NCBI GenBank assembly: GCA_964304625.1
Contig: OZ199839.1
Span: 8,278,560 to 8,342,559 of the forward strand
Length of the DNA: 64,000 nt
Direction: 5' to 3'
DNA from: Kudoa neothunni
Taxonomy: Eukaryota > Animalia > Cnidaria
Under the pieces are notes generated by a model. That model worked only from the letters and a program-made list of their open reading frames with translations. It searched no databases and was not told the DNA's origin. Positions within the stretch are counted from its first letter, which is position 1; each line of letters begins with the position of its first letter. This document shows positions 41,574 through 54,980 of the stretch, piece by piece. Both the position numbers and the translations under genes were made by a program.

Positions 41574-42050
41574 TTATTTCTTAATCCCACGAACGAGGGA
41601 CAGTTGATGCATAATACCTCCTTTACGAAATGAACATCAGGTTATAATATTGGAATATTTCTTGTTGTTAAAAAATTTTGTTAAAATAAGAAAAATACAA
41701 AGAAGTTTTCTTTTAATAAACAAAAATATCATATATAATAGATAGCTACTCTTTATAACAATTTTATGATTAGTTGGTATACCCTCATGAATTTACTTGG
41801 ATTACAGTGTCATAAGAATTCCATTTAATGAAATTTACTCCATAGTTGTGATTACAAGGGGCGAAGCATTCAAGTTTGATTTGATACGACAAAAATTAGT
41901 TGACCAAACAAACTCTGACAAAATTTATTCATTTTTTTCAGCTCTATTTTCCACTATAGCATTTAATCAAACACTCGGAAAATTCTTTAATATTTTGGTA
42001 ATAACAAGATTCAATGATTTTAGATGTGACAGCACTTCAGCAGAAATCAT
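41574..42050 (-). CDS. Putative small spliced gene of unknown function
   Basis: Frame-consistent GT-AG exons give MISAEVLSHLKSLNLVITKILKNFP|KFVWSTNFCRIKSNLNASPLVITTM|DKFMR|EVMHQLSLVRGIKK*. It may extend 5' toward or through the SINE. No recognised homology. Confidence 0.35.
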
Positions 42051-42150
42051 GACCCGAACTATTTATCTATATCATGAAAATTTTAAATTCCTAACCTAGC
42101 GAATACTTGCTGAGTCATGAACTAAATCTGTCCCCTTCTTTTGACATTAA

Positions 42151-42600
42151 GCCGAGGACAGATAGCACATCGGTGTGACACTCGAGCTCAGAACCGTGTG
42201 GTAATGGTTTCGAATCCGCCGGCGGATCTCAATCCCATATTTGGGAGCTGTAGTTGTTACAGTGTACGCTCGCTGTGTGGTGGGGTGCACCAGCTGCCAA
42301 ATTCGCATGAATAGGAGTTGGAATCTCCTATTCACATCGTAAGGCAAGTAATTTGCAGGCCTCACAGAGCCAACATCTTTAAATTGAATTAAAGGGATAG
42401 GATATGGGGTGGTGGTCACCCTAAGACGAGGATGTTTAGTGGGTTAAAGTCCCACATTATCGCATAAGGATAAGGGACGGGATTTCATGTTACGTCCTGC
42501 GGTGCCTACAACGTTAACGTTAATGGAAGATGTATGACCAACCTGAATTCCACAACCTAACAGGTTGCGCCAGGGGTTTCACCTTGTAAAAACAAAAAAC
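42151..42600 (+). mobile_element. tRNA-derived SINE, copy 1
   Basis: A box TAGCACATCGG (42163-42173), B box GGTTTCGAATCC (42206-42217), A-rich tail, flanking TTTTGACA direct repeats (42139-42146 and 42602-42609). Highly similar to 58905-59365 on the minus strand. Confidence 0.88.
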
Positions 42601-42870
42601 ATTTTGACACTGACACATTTTTTGCGTTCGAAATATTTTGTTTCATTAACATAAATTCCAAAACAATTTTCTCTTTTCCATTACTATATATTACGTAGCA
42701 ATGAATAAGGGAGAACTTTTCCCCATAAACAACGATAAACACAAAAAATCTTTCGCTATTAACTGAAATACAACAGATTATGTTGTGGTGTAGTTAACAC
42801 AACTATTTAATTTGCGAATTGAACAAATAAATACACACATATAAGAAAAATCTAGAAATTCATTCAAAAA

Positions 42871-43313
42871 CTATCCCATATAATTGATAGCAGCTAATTG
42901 TGCAACGAGTTGAGCCACAATCACATTCTTTAGAACCTTGTCGTTATTGGATGGGTCGCCACTGTTCAATTGAATTCTCAGAACCACTACACCAACCATC
43001 AACTACTCAAAACTCCAACCAATTCAATACCTCCCATAACAAAAGTGGAAACACAAGAAACTAGAGAGGCAACAAATGGTTTGATTGGACTTCGAGAGAA
43101 AAACACACCATACACACCATTAATTATTCCTATGATCATGACAAATGCCAGAAACAGATCAATGACTTTAACACGTAAACCTGTTTTCTGTTTATACACA
43201 CTAAAAGTGGCATTGAAAACTGTGCTAAAATCCTTTAGAGTGAGTCTGTTTCCTTCTTCGTTTGGAGCGGTTGTGGTGGGAGAAACAACTTTTGTTTGCT
43301 TTCCTTTTGCCAT
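42871..43313 (-). CDS. DAD1: DAD1/OST2 subunit of oligosaccharyltransferase, 2 exons
   Basis: KTGLRVKVIDLFLAF..., SCVSTFVMG|VVLRIQLN and C-terminal AINYMG* match the DAD1 pattern (LKxxDxYL, SxVGxFVL, LRxQ, NFxG). Confidence 0.85.
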
Positions 43314-43774
43314 GTCATGCAAACCTGCGTGCGCGTTACCACATACGATTCAAAAGTTTCTATTAAAATGATAAATATTCAATATTTAAAAATTTTGATT
43401 CTTTCATGATCCTTAGTTTTTTCAACTCATTGGGATCTAAGAGTCTGCTGTTAAAATAAAATCAAGACCTTAAAAAGATTAAAATATTTAATCAAAGCGT
43501 TAATTTATACTTTATCAATTCAATAATTTGGTAATTTTTTGTACTTTAAATTACGTTAATATTCATCGGTTTTTTCCTAGCATCTAGATGAATTAAAATA
43601 AATTAGAGAAATCATTTATTGTTCTCAATCAGCTTCATTACAGTATAATTTTTGATTATTGTGATTTTAGGGTGGATTGTCTAGTTGCTACTATGTTGCG
43701 AATCCTTCAACTTTGGATTAGTCACTTATATGTGCGTGACAATATGATTTTTTTTTAAAATTCATCATTATTAA

Positions 43775-43777
<3 letters not shown>

Positions 43778-43805
<28 letters not shown>

Positions 43806-43816
43806 ATTCATTCATT
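43778..43816 (+). repeat. (CTTT)n(CATT)n microsatellite
   Basis: Direct reading. Confidence 0.85.
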
Positions 43817-45397
43817 AAATTTAAAATTGTTTATAAAAATACTAATTTTAATTAGTTTAATATTTATAACTAAAAATCTGTTCTACTTATGAATGTATTT
43901 TTAGCAAACGCATAATTTTTCAAATATTTATAAAAATCGATGTTATTGTAGACATAATTGTTAATTTCTGCATCTATTTTTAATATAGAAACTCATGGTT
44001 ATTCACATGTATTCCAATTGGCTGCCAAGGATTAAAACTGACCATAAATAGACAATATTTGTTAAGTTAAAATTAAAAAATCTATGAAAATGCCAAAAAA
44101 ATTGATTTTAAATTTTAAATGAAAAATCTAGTCAGTCGCATTATATATTTAGGTAGTGACTATATCTCAGGGAATGAATATCTCTATAACTACCTCATAT
44201 ATCTTATTCATATTTTACGCATTATCTAATATTTATTTAACTTGATTTTTTTGTAAGTTAGAAAAATTTGACGAAGAATAAATCTTCACTAGTGCATCCA
44301 TCCTAAGTTCATCAATATTCAAGTGTAATTATCATATATTTTTAAAAATTTGAATAAATAATATTAAAATTTTCATTATCTTTTTTTTCTTGTAATATTT
44401 TATATTTCTAAAAGAAATGGAGTATATGATGACTTGACCGTGGGGGTTAGAAATCATAAAATATAACAGTTATCACACTCGAAAAATAAATTTAAAAAGA
44501 CAAACTTCGTTAAAAAAGCGTTTTAAGTCACCTATCGCAGTTATTTTTTTTGTTGAGGTTGAAAAAATGGCCACATTGAGATAAATTTTGTTTCTGCTAT
44601 AGTTTTCGACGTTCTTGCACCATAACTTTTTGATAAGAAAAGTTATAAAGAATCTTATTATAATTTTTTTAATTTAAAAGTTAAAACACGCGCGCATGCG
44701 TATTTATGGACCAACCTAAATAAATACAAATACACGTCGATTTAGTCGCCGAATTTTTTAAAAATAAACGTCGAAAACGGCACTGTCTATTTATATATAA
44801 TGTTTCGACCCCCTCGAAATTGTGCTACACATCAATTTTTTAAGTACGCCTTAATTATAAAGAAGCTAAAATAAATTTGAAGCAAATAATTTATATCTTT
44901 AAATGTAATGTTATTTTAAATTATATATCACGATAGTCTTTACGTGATTTAAACAACATAACACATCTTAGTAAGTGTTTAAGGCGCGATTGTGCCTTTG
45001 AATTATCATTTGATACTTGTTAGTTTTAAATTAGGATCGTATTTGATTCATAAGGTATCAAACATATGCTAGTCAACTAAAAATATGGAATATATTTATT
45101 TATTCATTCAAGATTGTTTTTATTAATATTTTAGTGGATAAAAAATTTAAAATTAAATTAAAAATAATGTTAATTGAATATTTAAAAAGCATTTAGTGTT
45201 ATTAGAAAACCGCGAATAAGTCGTTGTATGCAAAATGTTTGCTTACGGTAACTTTAAAATGTATTTTAATGTCAAAAAAATAACTTTCTGAATCCACACA
45301 ATCGTGGAAAAACCGGAATGTAGGATAAGTGATGGTTGTTTGATAAAAATGTTGTATTCTAATGCAAACAATACTAAAGAAACGAAAAATTTAGAAT

Positions 45398-48300
45398 CTA
45401 AAGAGTTATCGACTGAAATTTGGTTATGGTAGCTTCGATTTCTTTAAGTTGTGTCGTGAGGTCGTCGAATTTTTGTTCTGAGGACGTTCGCACATCAACG
45501 GAAACAGCTTGGTCAAAGTTCTGAATGGTCTTTTCGGTTTTAGTTAGTAAAGCTTGAAGTTTTTTTTGCTGATTTTTCAATTTCTCAAGCTCTTTTTGAG
45601 GATCTACCAAGCCCTACCACAAAATAAGATTTGTTTGGATGGTGTAAAAGTATAAAATCCTTACATCGATAACAATGTAAATCTTGCATCGAGTACCAAC
45701 GACATTTTCAGCACACAAAGTCCCATTTACAGGAGATTGGTTATCATTAGTGCTGAATAACTTCAAACTAAAACAGAATTACAGTCAAATGCTGCGTGAG
45801 ACAAAAACAACAAATTATATATCACCTTTTGAGGTTTGATAATGAAATAATGTCTCCTGAAAAATCGTTAAGTATTGAGTTGGTGGAGTTGTTATTAGTG
45901 TTATTGTCACAGGAAATGAAACCTTAATGAAAAAAATAAAAACTGATGCTAAAGTAATATTCCTGAAAGATCAGTGATACAGTCAGTTTTGGTTTTGGCA
46001 GGAGCGTAGGTGTCTTTTGTGGACCTGATGGCACGAATAACCGAAAGCACAAAATTGACGTTCTCTTCAAGTTGAATGTTTCGCATATTAAGCTAAGTAA
46101 AATTAAAAAAAAGGTTGTAGAAATATTAGAAAACCTTTGAAGGAAATGAGGCTATCGTAACACTAACAGGATGATCATCAGAATATGCAATAGGAAGTCG
46201 TTGATAGAGTTCCTCCGAGATAAAAGGCATCAGTGGAGACAGCAACTTTAATCCATTGTGGACACAGTAGAGAAGCACATACTTGGCTGATGCAGATGAC
46301 GTCACTGTTGTTTTTGCACATTCAATAAACACATCGCAGAATTCATACAGCCAAAAGTTGTATGCGGCAGTCGTTGCTTTCTGTAGTTGATATTCCGCGA
46401 AAGCTTCATCAGCGGTTTGAATAGCCACATCGAGACGACTAAGTATCCATTTTTCAATAAGGTTTGAGGTTGCTTTCATCTTTTCGATTAACATATCACT
46501 TGTTATATGTTCACCATCGGGGTTGAACTGCATGAGCACAAATTTCACAGCATTCCAGACCTTGTTACAAAAAAATCGGTATCCTTGCACACGTAGGATG
46601 TCCAAATTTATATCTCTACCCTGCGAGGTGTAAGCGCACAATGAAAATCGAAGAGCGTCAGCACCACATTCTGGAATTCCACTTGGAAAGTCGATCTTTT
46701 GGCATTTGATTGCATTTTCCATTTCTTGAGGAACCAAATTGTAGGATTTCAATTTCTCATTCAACTCTTCCAAAGTGATTCCTTCAATAACATCTATAGG
46801 ATCTATAATATTTCCAAGCGATTTGCTCATTTTTCTGCCATGGGCGTCGCGGATAAGTGAATGCAGAAGAATTTCAGAAAATGGCAATTGATTGGTAAGC
46901 TTACGTCCCAACATAACCATTCTAGCAACCCAAAAGAATAGAATATCGTGGCCAGTTTCAAGAAGAGTGGTTGGGTAGAAATGCCCTAAGTCGGCAGTTT
47001 TCTCTGGCCAACCAAACACACTGAAAGGAAACAGACCACTGGAAAACCATGTATCGAGGACATCCTCATCCTGACTCAAATGTACAGATATATTGGAAGG
47101 AATGTTGAATTTCTGTATGGTTTTTTGACGTGCTTGCTCTTCGTTTTCGGCACTCACCCAGCTGTCGTTATCACTCAACGTGGATAAATGCTCAGGAAGT
47201 GGATCGTTCGAACTTAATGAGAATTTGTACGCAGGTATACGATGTCCCCACCAAAGCTGCCTCGAAATGCACCAATCTCGATGATTTTCCATCCACTGGA
47301 ACCAGGTTTTTTCAAAAGAATTTGGTATTATTTTAAGCTGTTTACTCTTGACCACATCAACTGCATCTTTTGCCATTTGTTTACAGTCGATGTACCACTG
47401 AGGTTTAAGTAGGGGTTCAATGATATCTTTGGAACGACTGCACATGGGCAAAACCATAGAATGGGATTTCACACAATCAAATAGATCCATAGTTTTTAGA
47501 GTGTCTGCTATCATTGTTCTAGCGTTAAATCTTTGAACATCGCAAAACAATGACTTAAATCCAGGTTTCATATCAGCGATTTCAGTAATGCAACCATTTT
47601 CCGTAAGAATGTTGATGAATGGTAGACCGTGCTTGACTCCCAATTCATAATCATTGAAATCATGAGCTGGGGTGACTTTCATGACACCAGTTCCAAATTC
47701 AATGTCAATAGAATCATCAGTTATTATTGGGAGCTTACGATCACAGAATGGATGGCTCACAAATTTGCCGTGTAGGTGAGTGTAACGCTGGTCATTCGGA
47801 TTTACAACAATAGCTACGTCTCCCAACATAGTTTCCAAACGAGTAGTGGCTACTAGAATCTTTTCGTCAGATCCATCCAGTCGGTAGTAGAAATAGGTCA
47901 TGGTGCCAAATTCAATTCGTTTATCATAACCAGGAATGGATAAATAAGTTTTTCCAGTGAGCTCCTTCTTATCAACTTCAATGTCCGAAATAACTGAATT
48001 GAGAGAACAGGACCAATTGACCAATCGGTTGGAACGGTAGATCAACTTTTCGTCATGCAAACGAATAAACGCTTCAACAACAGCTTTGTTTAATTTCTAA
48101 AACCAATCAAAATAAATTTTACAACCTAAAGATGTATTACTTCGTCCATTGTAAAACAAGCACGACTCCAATCGCACGAAATTCCTAGTCTCTTCATTTG
48201 GTTATAGATTGCACATCCCTTTCTATAAAAGTAGCATATTCGTTAAAATATTCTAAGATAAAATAGCAGTTAGTTTCCTTTTAAATGTTAGTTTAGACCA

Positions 48301-51300
48301 TTGTCGTCAAAATATTAAAGTTTTTCGTTGACCTATCAACTTGGACTTTCCATTAGTATACCATAGGTTTACTCATCCAATATAAGTCATCTATTTCTTC
48401 TTATTTAAAATTATTCGTTACAAACGAGGCACATTATAACCTTGTATTATTATGGTATATCTTATTAGTTGAAATTTAAATAAACAAGGGAAGATATATA
48501 TTTTTAATGATATAGTAATTATTTAAAAGAGATTTTCAGATGCAAATTTCATAATTTTTTCATCACGACATGTTTGGAAAACTTAATTAAAATATTCAGA
48601 AAAGTTAATTACTACGAAATTTTGAATTTACTGTAAAATACATTGGCGAAATAATCTGAAAAATAAAATATTTGAACAAATATTTTACATCTGAGAATTA
48701 TTTTTGTTTTGATTTATAACTCTCTTAAACCCCAAAAATGGACTGACATGAGATCACGGAATTAATTTAATTTAATGATTTAGGCCATAATATCTTTTTA
48801 ATTCTTAAAATTTTATTTTTTTCTATATTACTATCGTAAAAATGGAACGTTGAATTTGTTTTTAAACCCTCCCCACTGTTGATTTTTATGAATGTTATGT
48901 GATGGCCTAATATAGATTAATATAGCAGTCAAATGTTGATGAAGTTCCTCAGTAATGAGAAAATATATTTAGAAAGTTCCTTTTATTTACTCTAAAAATT
49001 AAAAGTAAATAATTTTTTTCATTAGAGATAGTGAGTATTAAGGGTACGAAAAGCAGGGAAAGTTCAATTTTAATTACGTAAAGGTTTTCAATAAAAGAGC
49101 ATAATTACTTTTACTTTTCATACTATTTAATTTATAACAAGGATAAACATTTAAGTATAGGTATATTAAACTCAGAAATGCTCTAGTAAATTAAAGATTC
49201 TTCCGCAATTAATTAAAACTAAAACTCGATTCCCATTATTGATTCTTTCGCTTTTAATTTATTTCACCAATATTTTAAGCCTTAGACAGTAATTTATGAA
49301 TATAATTAGTTAATTACACTAATTTTATACAAAAAGCGTTAATTAGACAGGATAAAATATTTATTTTCATCGCCTTTATATATATTTATATATATATCGC
49401 AAAAACTTCCAAAGAAGTTAAGGAGTAAACTTATATCAATTTGTTACCCTGGATATCTTACTACTTTGAAGGATAATGTGAAAAGTTTTTATTAATCAAG
49501 CTTTAATTTTTGAATCTCATTAAAAATTATCAACAAACCAACTATTAGCATTAAATCTCAAAAATAGACATGCAGAAGTTTCTGAATGGCATAAAATGTC
49601 ATTTATGGTAACTAATAAAAAGGTATAAATATAAATAATTAGCCTTGAACATGTATTTACAATATTTAGACAAGAATGATGTTAGAATATGTAATAAATT
49701 TAAATACGATTTAAACACATAAACTACATAAATATTATTTAATTTAGTTTTAGTGACAAAATTAAATTTCAAACAACTAAATAAGAAGAGAAAAATTTAA
49801 TTGTTGACGACAAAAAAATAAAATAATTTGATTTATTTACTTAGTTCAAAAGTTATTTTGTAGATTTAAAAAGGAATATATAAATTTGGAAATGATATTT
49901 GACAAATTATAACCTTGAGTAAATAAGTGATTCTTTTTATTGTTGCTTTGGATAACAACCACTTTTCATTTAAATACGCAGTAGGCAAGCAAGAATTATA
50001 TGGAGATTACATTAATACCCTATGGGCACAGCGCAATCTATTCGAAGTTACTTGACATGAAATTAAAATAGAAATTTTAATTCAAATTTTTATAAGATGT
50101 AGATATTTTGAAGATAAAATCGTTTTTAGTACGAAGCATCAACTAGTACAATAATGTTCATAAGTTAGAAAGCGTGATTGCGACTGACTCCGTAATTACA
50201 TAAAAAAAACGTTTAGTTGTTAATAAATTTATTTTACGACATTAAATGAAAGTCTAACCACTATAAAAAGCGCCAAGCACATTAAATGAATTATGTTTTA
50301 TCCTATGAGACCCAAAGACGATTTTATAATTATTTAATAGAAATAAGAAATATATTTATCTAAAAATTAATAATTGTGACTTTTACTAAAAAAGTTGAAT
50401 TATTAGCCTAAACTTACGCTGTCCTAATCAATAACAAAGAAAATTCAACTTAAATGCGGTAGTATATTAATTGGAATTAATAATATTTAATTTTATTCGC
50501 AAGAAATAATAAAGAAGATTACATCTAATATTCTTAAAATTGTACATGATAGATACATAATAAATAATGCCGTCAAAATTACATATGTTTTTATAATACC
50601 GTTATAAAATAATAAACTAATTGTTTGAATTGACTATACTACCTTGTAGATACTAATTGTTAAACTGTAACAATTAGTATCGTTAATAATGTCATTATTA
50701 TAAATAAAGGGGAATATTAATACAATTAAGTTTCAAATAAACTCCCATAGGAAACTAACAGATTGCTTAAAATAGAGAATAACAATAACGAAATAAACCT
50801 ACTCATTTTTCCACAACCATACTTGCTCGAGAAATTTTTCACGTCCAAGATCAAAACGAGACAAATTCTTCTCGCTTTTTAATTTTCTTTCAACCACAAC
50901 CTATTTTTAATTTTAACTTCCACTAGTAACAATCTGACTAATTTACTTGAGTAGCAATACCAGCATGATCACAACCAGGATTCCATAATACAACTTTGCC
51001 TTTCATTCTAGCCCATCTCACCAGAACATCCTCGATGGAGCACATAAGAGCATGTCCCAAATGAAGAGTTCCTGTGACATTAGGTGGAGGCATAATTACC
51101 ACGAATTTATTGCCATCTTCACTGAGGCGCGAGATTTGATCCGGAGTTTTGTTATATTCCGGCTTGAAGAATCCCTATAAGATTTTCAGTGAATAGAATA
51201 TGTGAGTAGGCTTTGTTGTATAGCAAGCTACTTGACTTTCCCACCATGCGTACCATGCAGCTTCAGTAAATTTTGAGCTGTAACTGCTTGGTAGAGGAAT

Positions 51301-51616
51301 AGTAGTATCTAAGATTGTCGATATTCATTTCCACATTTTTTAAAATCCAGATACTTTTTCTATCACCAAACGGTGTATTTTCGGTGTAAAGTACAGATGA
51401 CGTTTTTGGGGGTGCAGCGACTTTTGATTTGGGTTCCTTGATTAAAGAAAAGTCGATATCCATCAAAAAATTAAATAGAACTTCAATTATTACTTTTGTT
51501 GTATTTTTTTCTAAAGCTGCCTTCTTTTGTTCAAACTTTTCAAGTTTTGCCTTTTTCTTTTCAAGTTTTTCCAACTTTTTCTGTTCAGCTTTTAATTTTT
51601 TTTCTTCCGATAACAT
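45398..51616 (-). CDS. VARS1: Valyl-tRNA synthetase (cytosolic type), multi-exon; possible in-frame N-terminal extension from ATG 51697
   Basis: [57 protein letters not shown] and a C-terminal coiled coil. All introns read are GT-AG, including one of ~2.6 kb (~48223-50803). Confidence 0.96.
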
Positions 51617-51691
51617 TCTCCTTATATAGATGCTATTTAACTGCAATCTAGTAAAATTATTTCTCAATGCGACGATAGGGACCCAGCACTT

Positions 51692-51703
51692 GAGCATGCG
51701 CAC
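51692..51703 (-). promoter_or_regulatory. GCGCATGC (NRF1-like) motif upstream of ValRS, overlapping an in-frame ATG
   Basis: Minus strand GTGCGCATGCTC, identical to 31001-31012. Confidence 0.6.
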
Positions 51704-51859
51704 AAAAAAGATACACATGTAAACTTTACGTGTTAGAATGCTTCAAAAATTATCAATAACTACAATTACGTATTGGTATAGTATATCAAAAGTTCTATCA
51801 TAAATGTAGTATTTTTAATGTTCTTTTGTGATTATTGAATGTACTTCGTTTTCAATACC

Positions 51860-54692
51860 TATAAACCTCTAACAAACTTGAGGTATTTCGGACCCCTAAG
51901 TGGTTTTAAATTGATTAGAATATTTTACATACTCTTTCTTAACACTTGAAATTCATGTTGATACCGGTAAATTACGATATTCACAGTTTATTAAAATTTG
52001 AAAAAAATCAATTTAACTTCGCATTGAAATATAAATTTATATTCCAACGAACTTGGGGTCTTTCGGTCCCCAGATTTTTATTTGGCAGTAACTATTTCAC
52101 AGAAAATTAATATCTCTAAGACTAACCAATCGAATTTGTTGAAAATTTATATATTACCATAATCCATAAAGAGCAATTCATTTATAAATTTTTAAGCACA
52201 TACAGATATGTTATACAGATGTCTCTAAAATAACGCAGGAGACTGAATGTGAACAGGGTTTTTAACTTTAGAAACAGATTAACAATCAAAATATTCGTTC
52301 ACAAATGTAGTAAGCAATTTTATAAATCTGTGACGACAATTTTTGACGATCATTTGCGTGTTACTCATTAATTTGTGCGCCAGAGTGATGAATCAGAATT
52401 TTTTTAACGTTGGCATGAAGTTTAATTATTTTGATGAATTAGAAAGTGCGATGAACACACGCCATATTTTAGCATATATTAATTCCAGGAAAAATCCTCT
52501 TAAATATTAAAAACCCAATATATACATCAACCAATCCATTATTCGTTATTACGAAATTCCATATCGATATATTTTCAGTGGTACTAATAGGCACACAAAG
52601 AATTGATAATGAAATAATGGAATATTCAAAAATAATTGTTCTGTTATACTTTCATTGAGAGCTTCCGAGGACGGTTTGTCTATTGAATTGCGTAGTTCTA
52701 TTTTGGTTTTAACCACCGTCATGTCACCATAAATATATATTGTATATATTTATCGACGAATTTTTAATCAATGATATTTATTGAAGCTATGTCAAAATAC
52801 AAAATTAAGATAAATTTTTTCCTTTAGTTTTTAAAGAAATTAATTGTCTGTGGAGTAGCCACCGCCTTTTTATAATAGATGAGTGATTTGCTTATGGATT
52901 CTATTAATGATAACAAGTCTTTCTTATGGAAGAGCTTCTGCAGTATAACAGCCATGCATTAGTAATGACTGTATTGAGACCCCATATGAAAATTTTCATG
53001 TAAAGTTTTTAAGATTTATTCTAATCTATTCAATGTCATCAGCGTATCTGATAGATCGACATTTCCCATGTTTTTGTTGTATTCAGAAGCAATATTAGGA
53101 CACTCAACATTAATCATTCGTTTGAGGTGTTTATTAAATCTCTTTACATTGAGACTGGGTTCCAAAAAAGAATGTGTTGAGGACAATGTAGCAATTGGAC
53201 CATCATATTGTTGAGATAACACAATACTTTGATGAAGATCTTGCGCTCTTTCTTCCTCAAATATCTTTGCGGGAGTTAAGGGACAATTTTTTATTCTATT
53301 TCTTCAAATTGTACCAATTGAGTAAATATTTTGGATTTTTAAAAATGAATAAAGTGGGATGGAGGTAAAGTAGTTGTCAAAATAAAGGAGATACGTCTTT
53401 GATGTTGGAAGAGTTTCGGAGGGTTTAACAACAAAGTCTCCTGCGACTAGACCACAACTTGGCGTAACCGGGGATCTTTTGCCATCATATACGTAAAAGT
53501 CATACACGATGTCATTAACACCGCATCTAACGAAAATTTTGAAGCCCCAGTTTCAAGGTTTCTTCGGGAGGCATTGCCTTGCTTTACATTTTCCTTTAAA
53601 AGGAATCACTTGCACGACAATTGAATTGCTTACTTCTGGGGTTATCTTTAAGCATACCATCCGGAGGTGCTCAAGAAAAGGTCTGATTTTCGCAAAACGA
53701 TCAAAAGTGGGTGATTTTTGGTCTGTTAAAAGAGTTTCGTTATTATTAAAATGTAAAAAATTGAGGATTTGTTGGAAACGAATTCTGGAGAAAGTATTCG
53801 AAACAGGGAGATAATTCAAGGATTTACTCCAATAACAGCGGTATCTAGGGATTCTAACAATACCCACCAAAATAAGAACGTCGATGAAATTTTGAATTTC
53901 TTCGACATGTGTACGGAAAGTCGATCCAAATTGAATGGAATAAATATTTGGTTGCGATATTATTAATTCCAATAGTTCATTACCAAAGAAGAAATTAAAA
54001 TAGTCTATTGGCTCATGAAAACCGTCAAGTTCTTCAGAATTTTCGTTCGTAGTTACATTTTCAGGTCGTTTAATCCAGGGCCTTTCTTTAGTCCATTTAA
54101 CACCTATTTACACTTCCAAAACAACCGACTCATCCGACGAGTTAGTAGAGGATTCCTCAGAATTTTGGGGTTTTATTGGATCAAATTTAACATCAATATA
54201 CATACCAGGATCTGAAATTTCAACATCTGGAAGAACTATAACTACTGCTTGTATTTTTCTATTATTTGACCTTGTTCTAAAATCGTGATCCATTATAATC
54301 CGACGTTTTAGTTCCATTGCAAGCATTTGTTCACCGTAATGAACACATGGTTTTAAGCTGTGTACATTTTTTTACTTATTGTATCAATGTGAATATTTGG
54401 AAAAATAAACTAACAATAAGTATCCATAATATATTTTTTTTTGATTTTTAAAATGAAACATACTTTTATAAACAGAATTAAATTGGAATTTTTTAATCGG
54501 GATATAGTAAAAAGTATCGTTCAATAAAATTTTGTTATTTCTTAAATATGATACAATTAAAAATATTAGCAATCTCAATACTAAAATCTTCAGTTTAATT
54601 TACTTTTGGTTTTCTATATAGGTATATTCAGTACATGGTGACCAAAATAATGGTTTGTTCACTACAATAAAGAATGGGATCGAGAGGGTTAA
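51860..54692 (-). mobile_element. Decayed piggyBac transposon (PGBD3-like)
   Basis: Fragments FSRIRFQQILNFLHF, DRFAKIRP, VIPFKG..RQCLPKKP, LYFDNYFTS, GTI and YNKNMGNVDLSD. GGG-TTAA terminus at 54686-54692; GGGGTCTTTCGGTCCCC subterminal repeat at ~52055. Left end approximate. Confidence 0.85.
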
Positions 54693-54980
54693 CAAAAATT
54701 TTTAACATAATCTATTATTCTAAAATCCCAGCGTATTACCTAAATAATTTTATTTCTTATATCGGTAATTTTCTTTTAAATTATGTGGAAGAATATTTAA
54801 GGAAAATTTATTTAACTTTAATTATTTACTAATAACACAAAGAAAATAAGAAAAATAATTTCCTGGGATATTCCATTGTGGGTAGACAATTATAAAAATA
54901 TAAGTTGAATTTGAAATATTCCTATTGTATCGATTCATAATGTATTCTTGTCACACCATTTGAAACCTCTCGATTATTAT

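Noticed and set aside
42110-42149. In-frame TGA (selenocysteine/readthrough) in MSKEGDRFSS*LSKY
   Set aside because: The ATG is at the SINE junction, an alternative splice frame has no stop, and no SECIS is evident.
42160-42225. tRNA gene (A and B boxes, GTTCGAATCC)
   Set aside because: No clean acceptor stem. It is the head of a repeated SINE with an A-tail and TSD; the same applies at ~59295-59360 and ~55400-55470.
44500-44830. Promoter of a hidden gene at CGCGCGCATGCG (44689)
   Set aside because: It sits between short inverted repeats (GTTTTCGACGTT / AACGTCGAAAAC) that suggest a TE remnant, and no adjacent exon was found.
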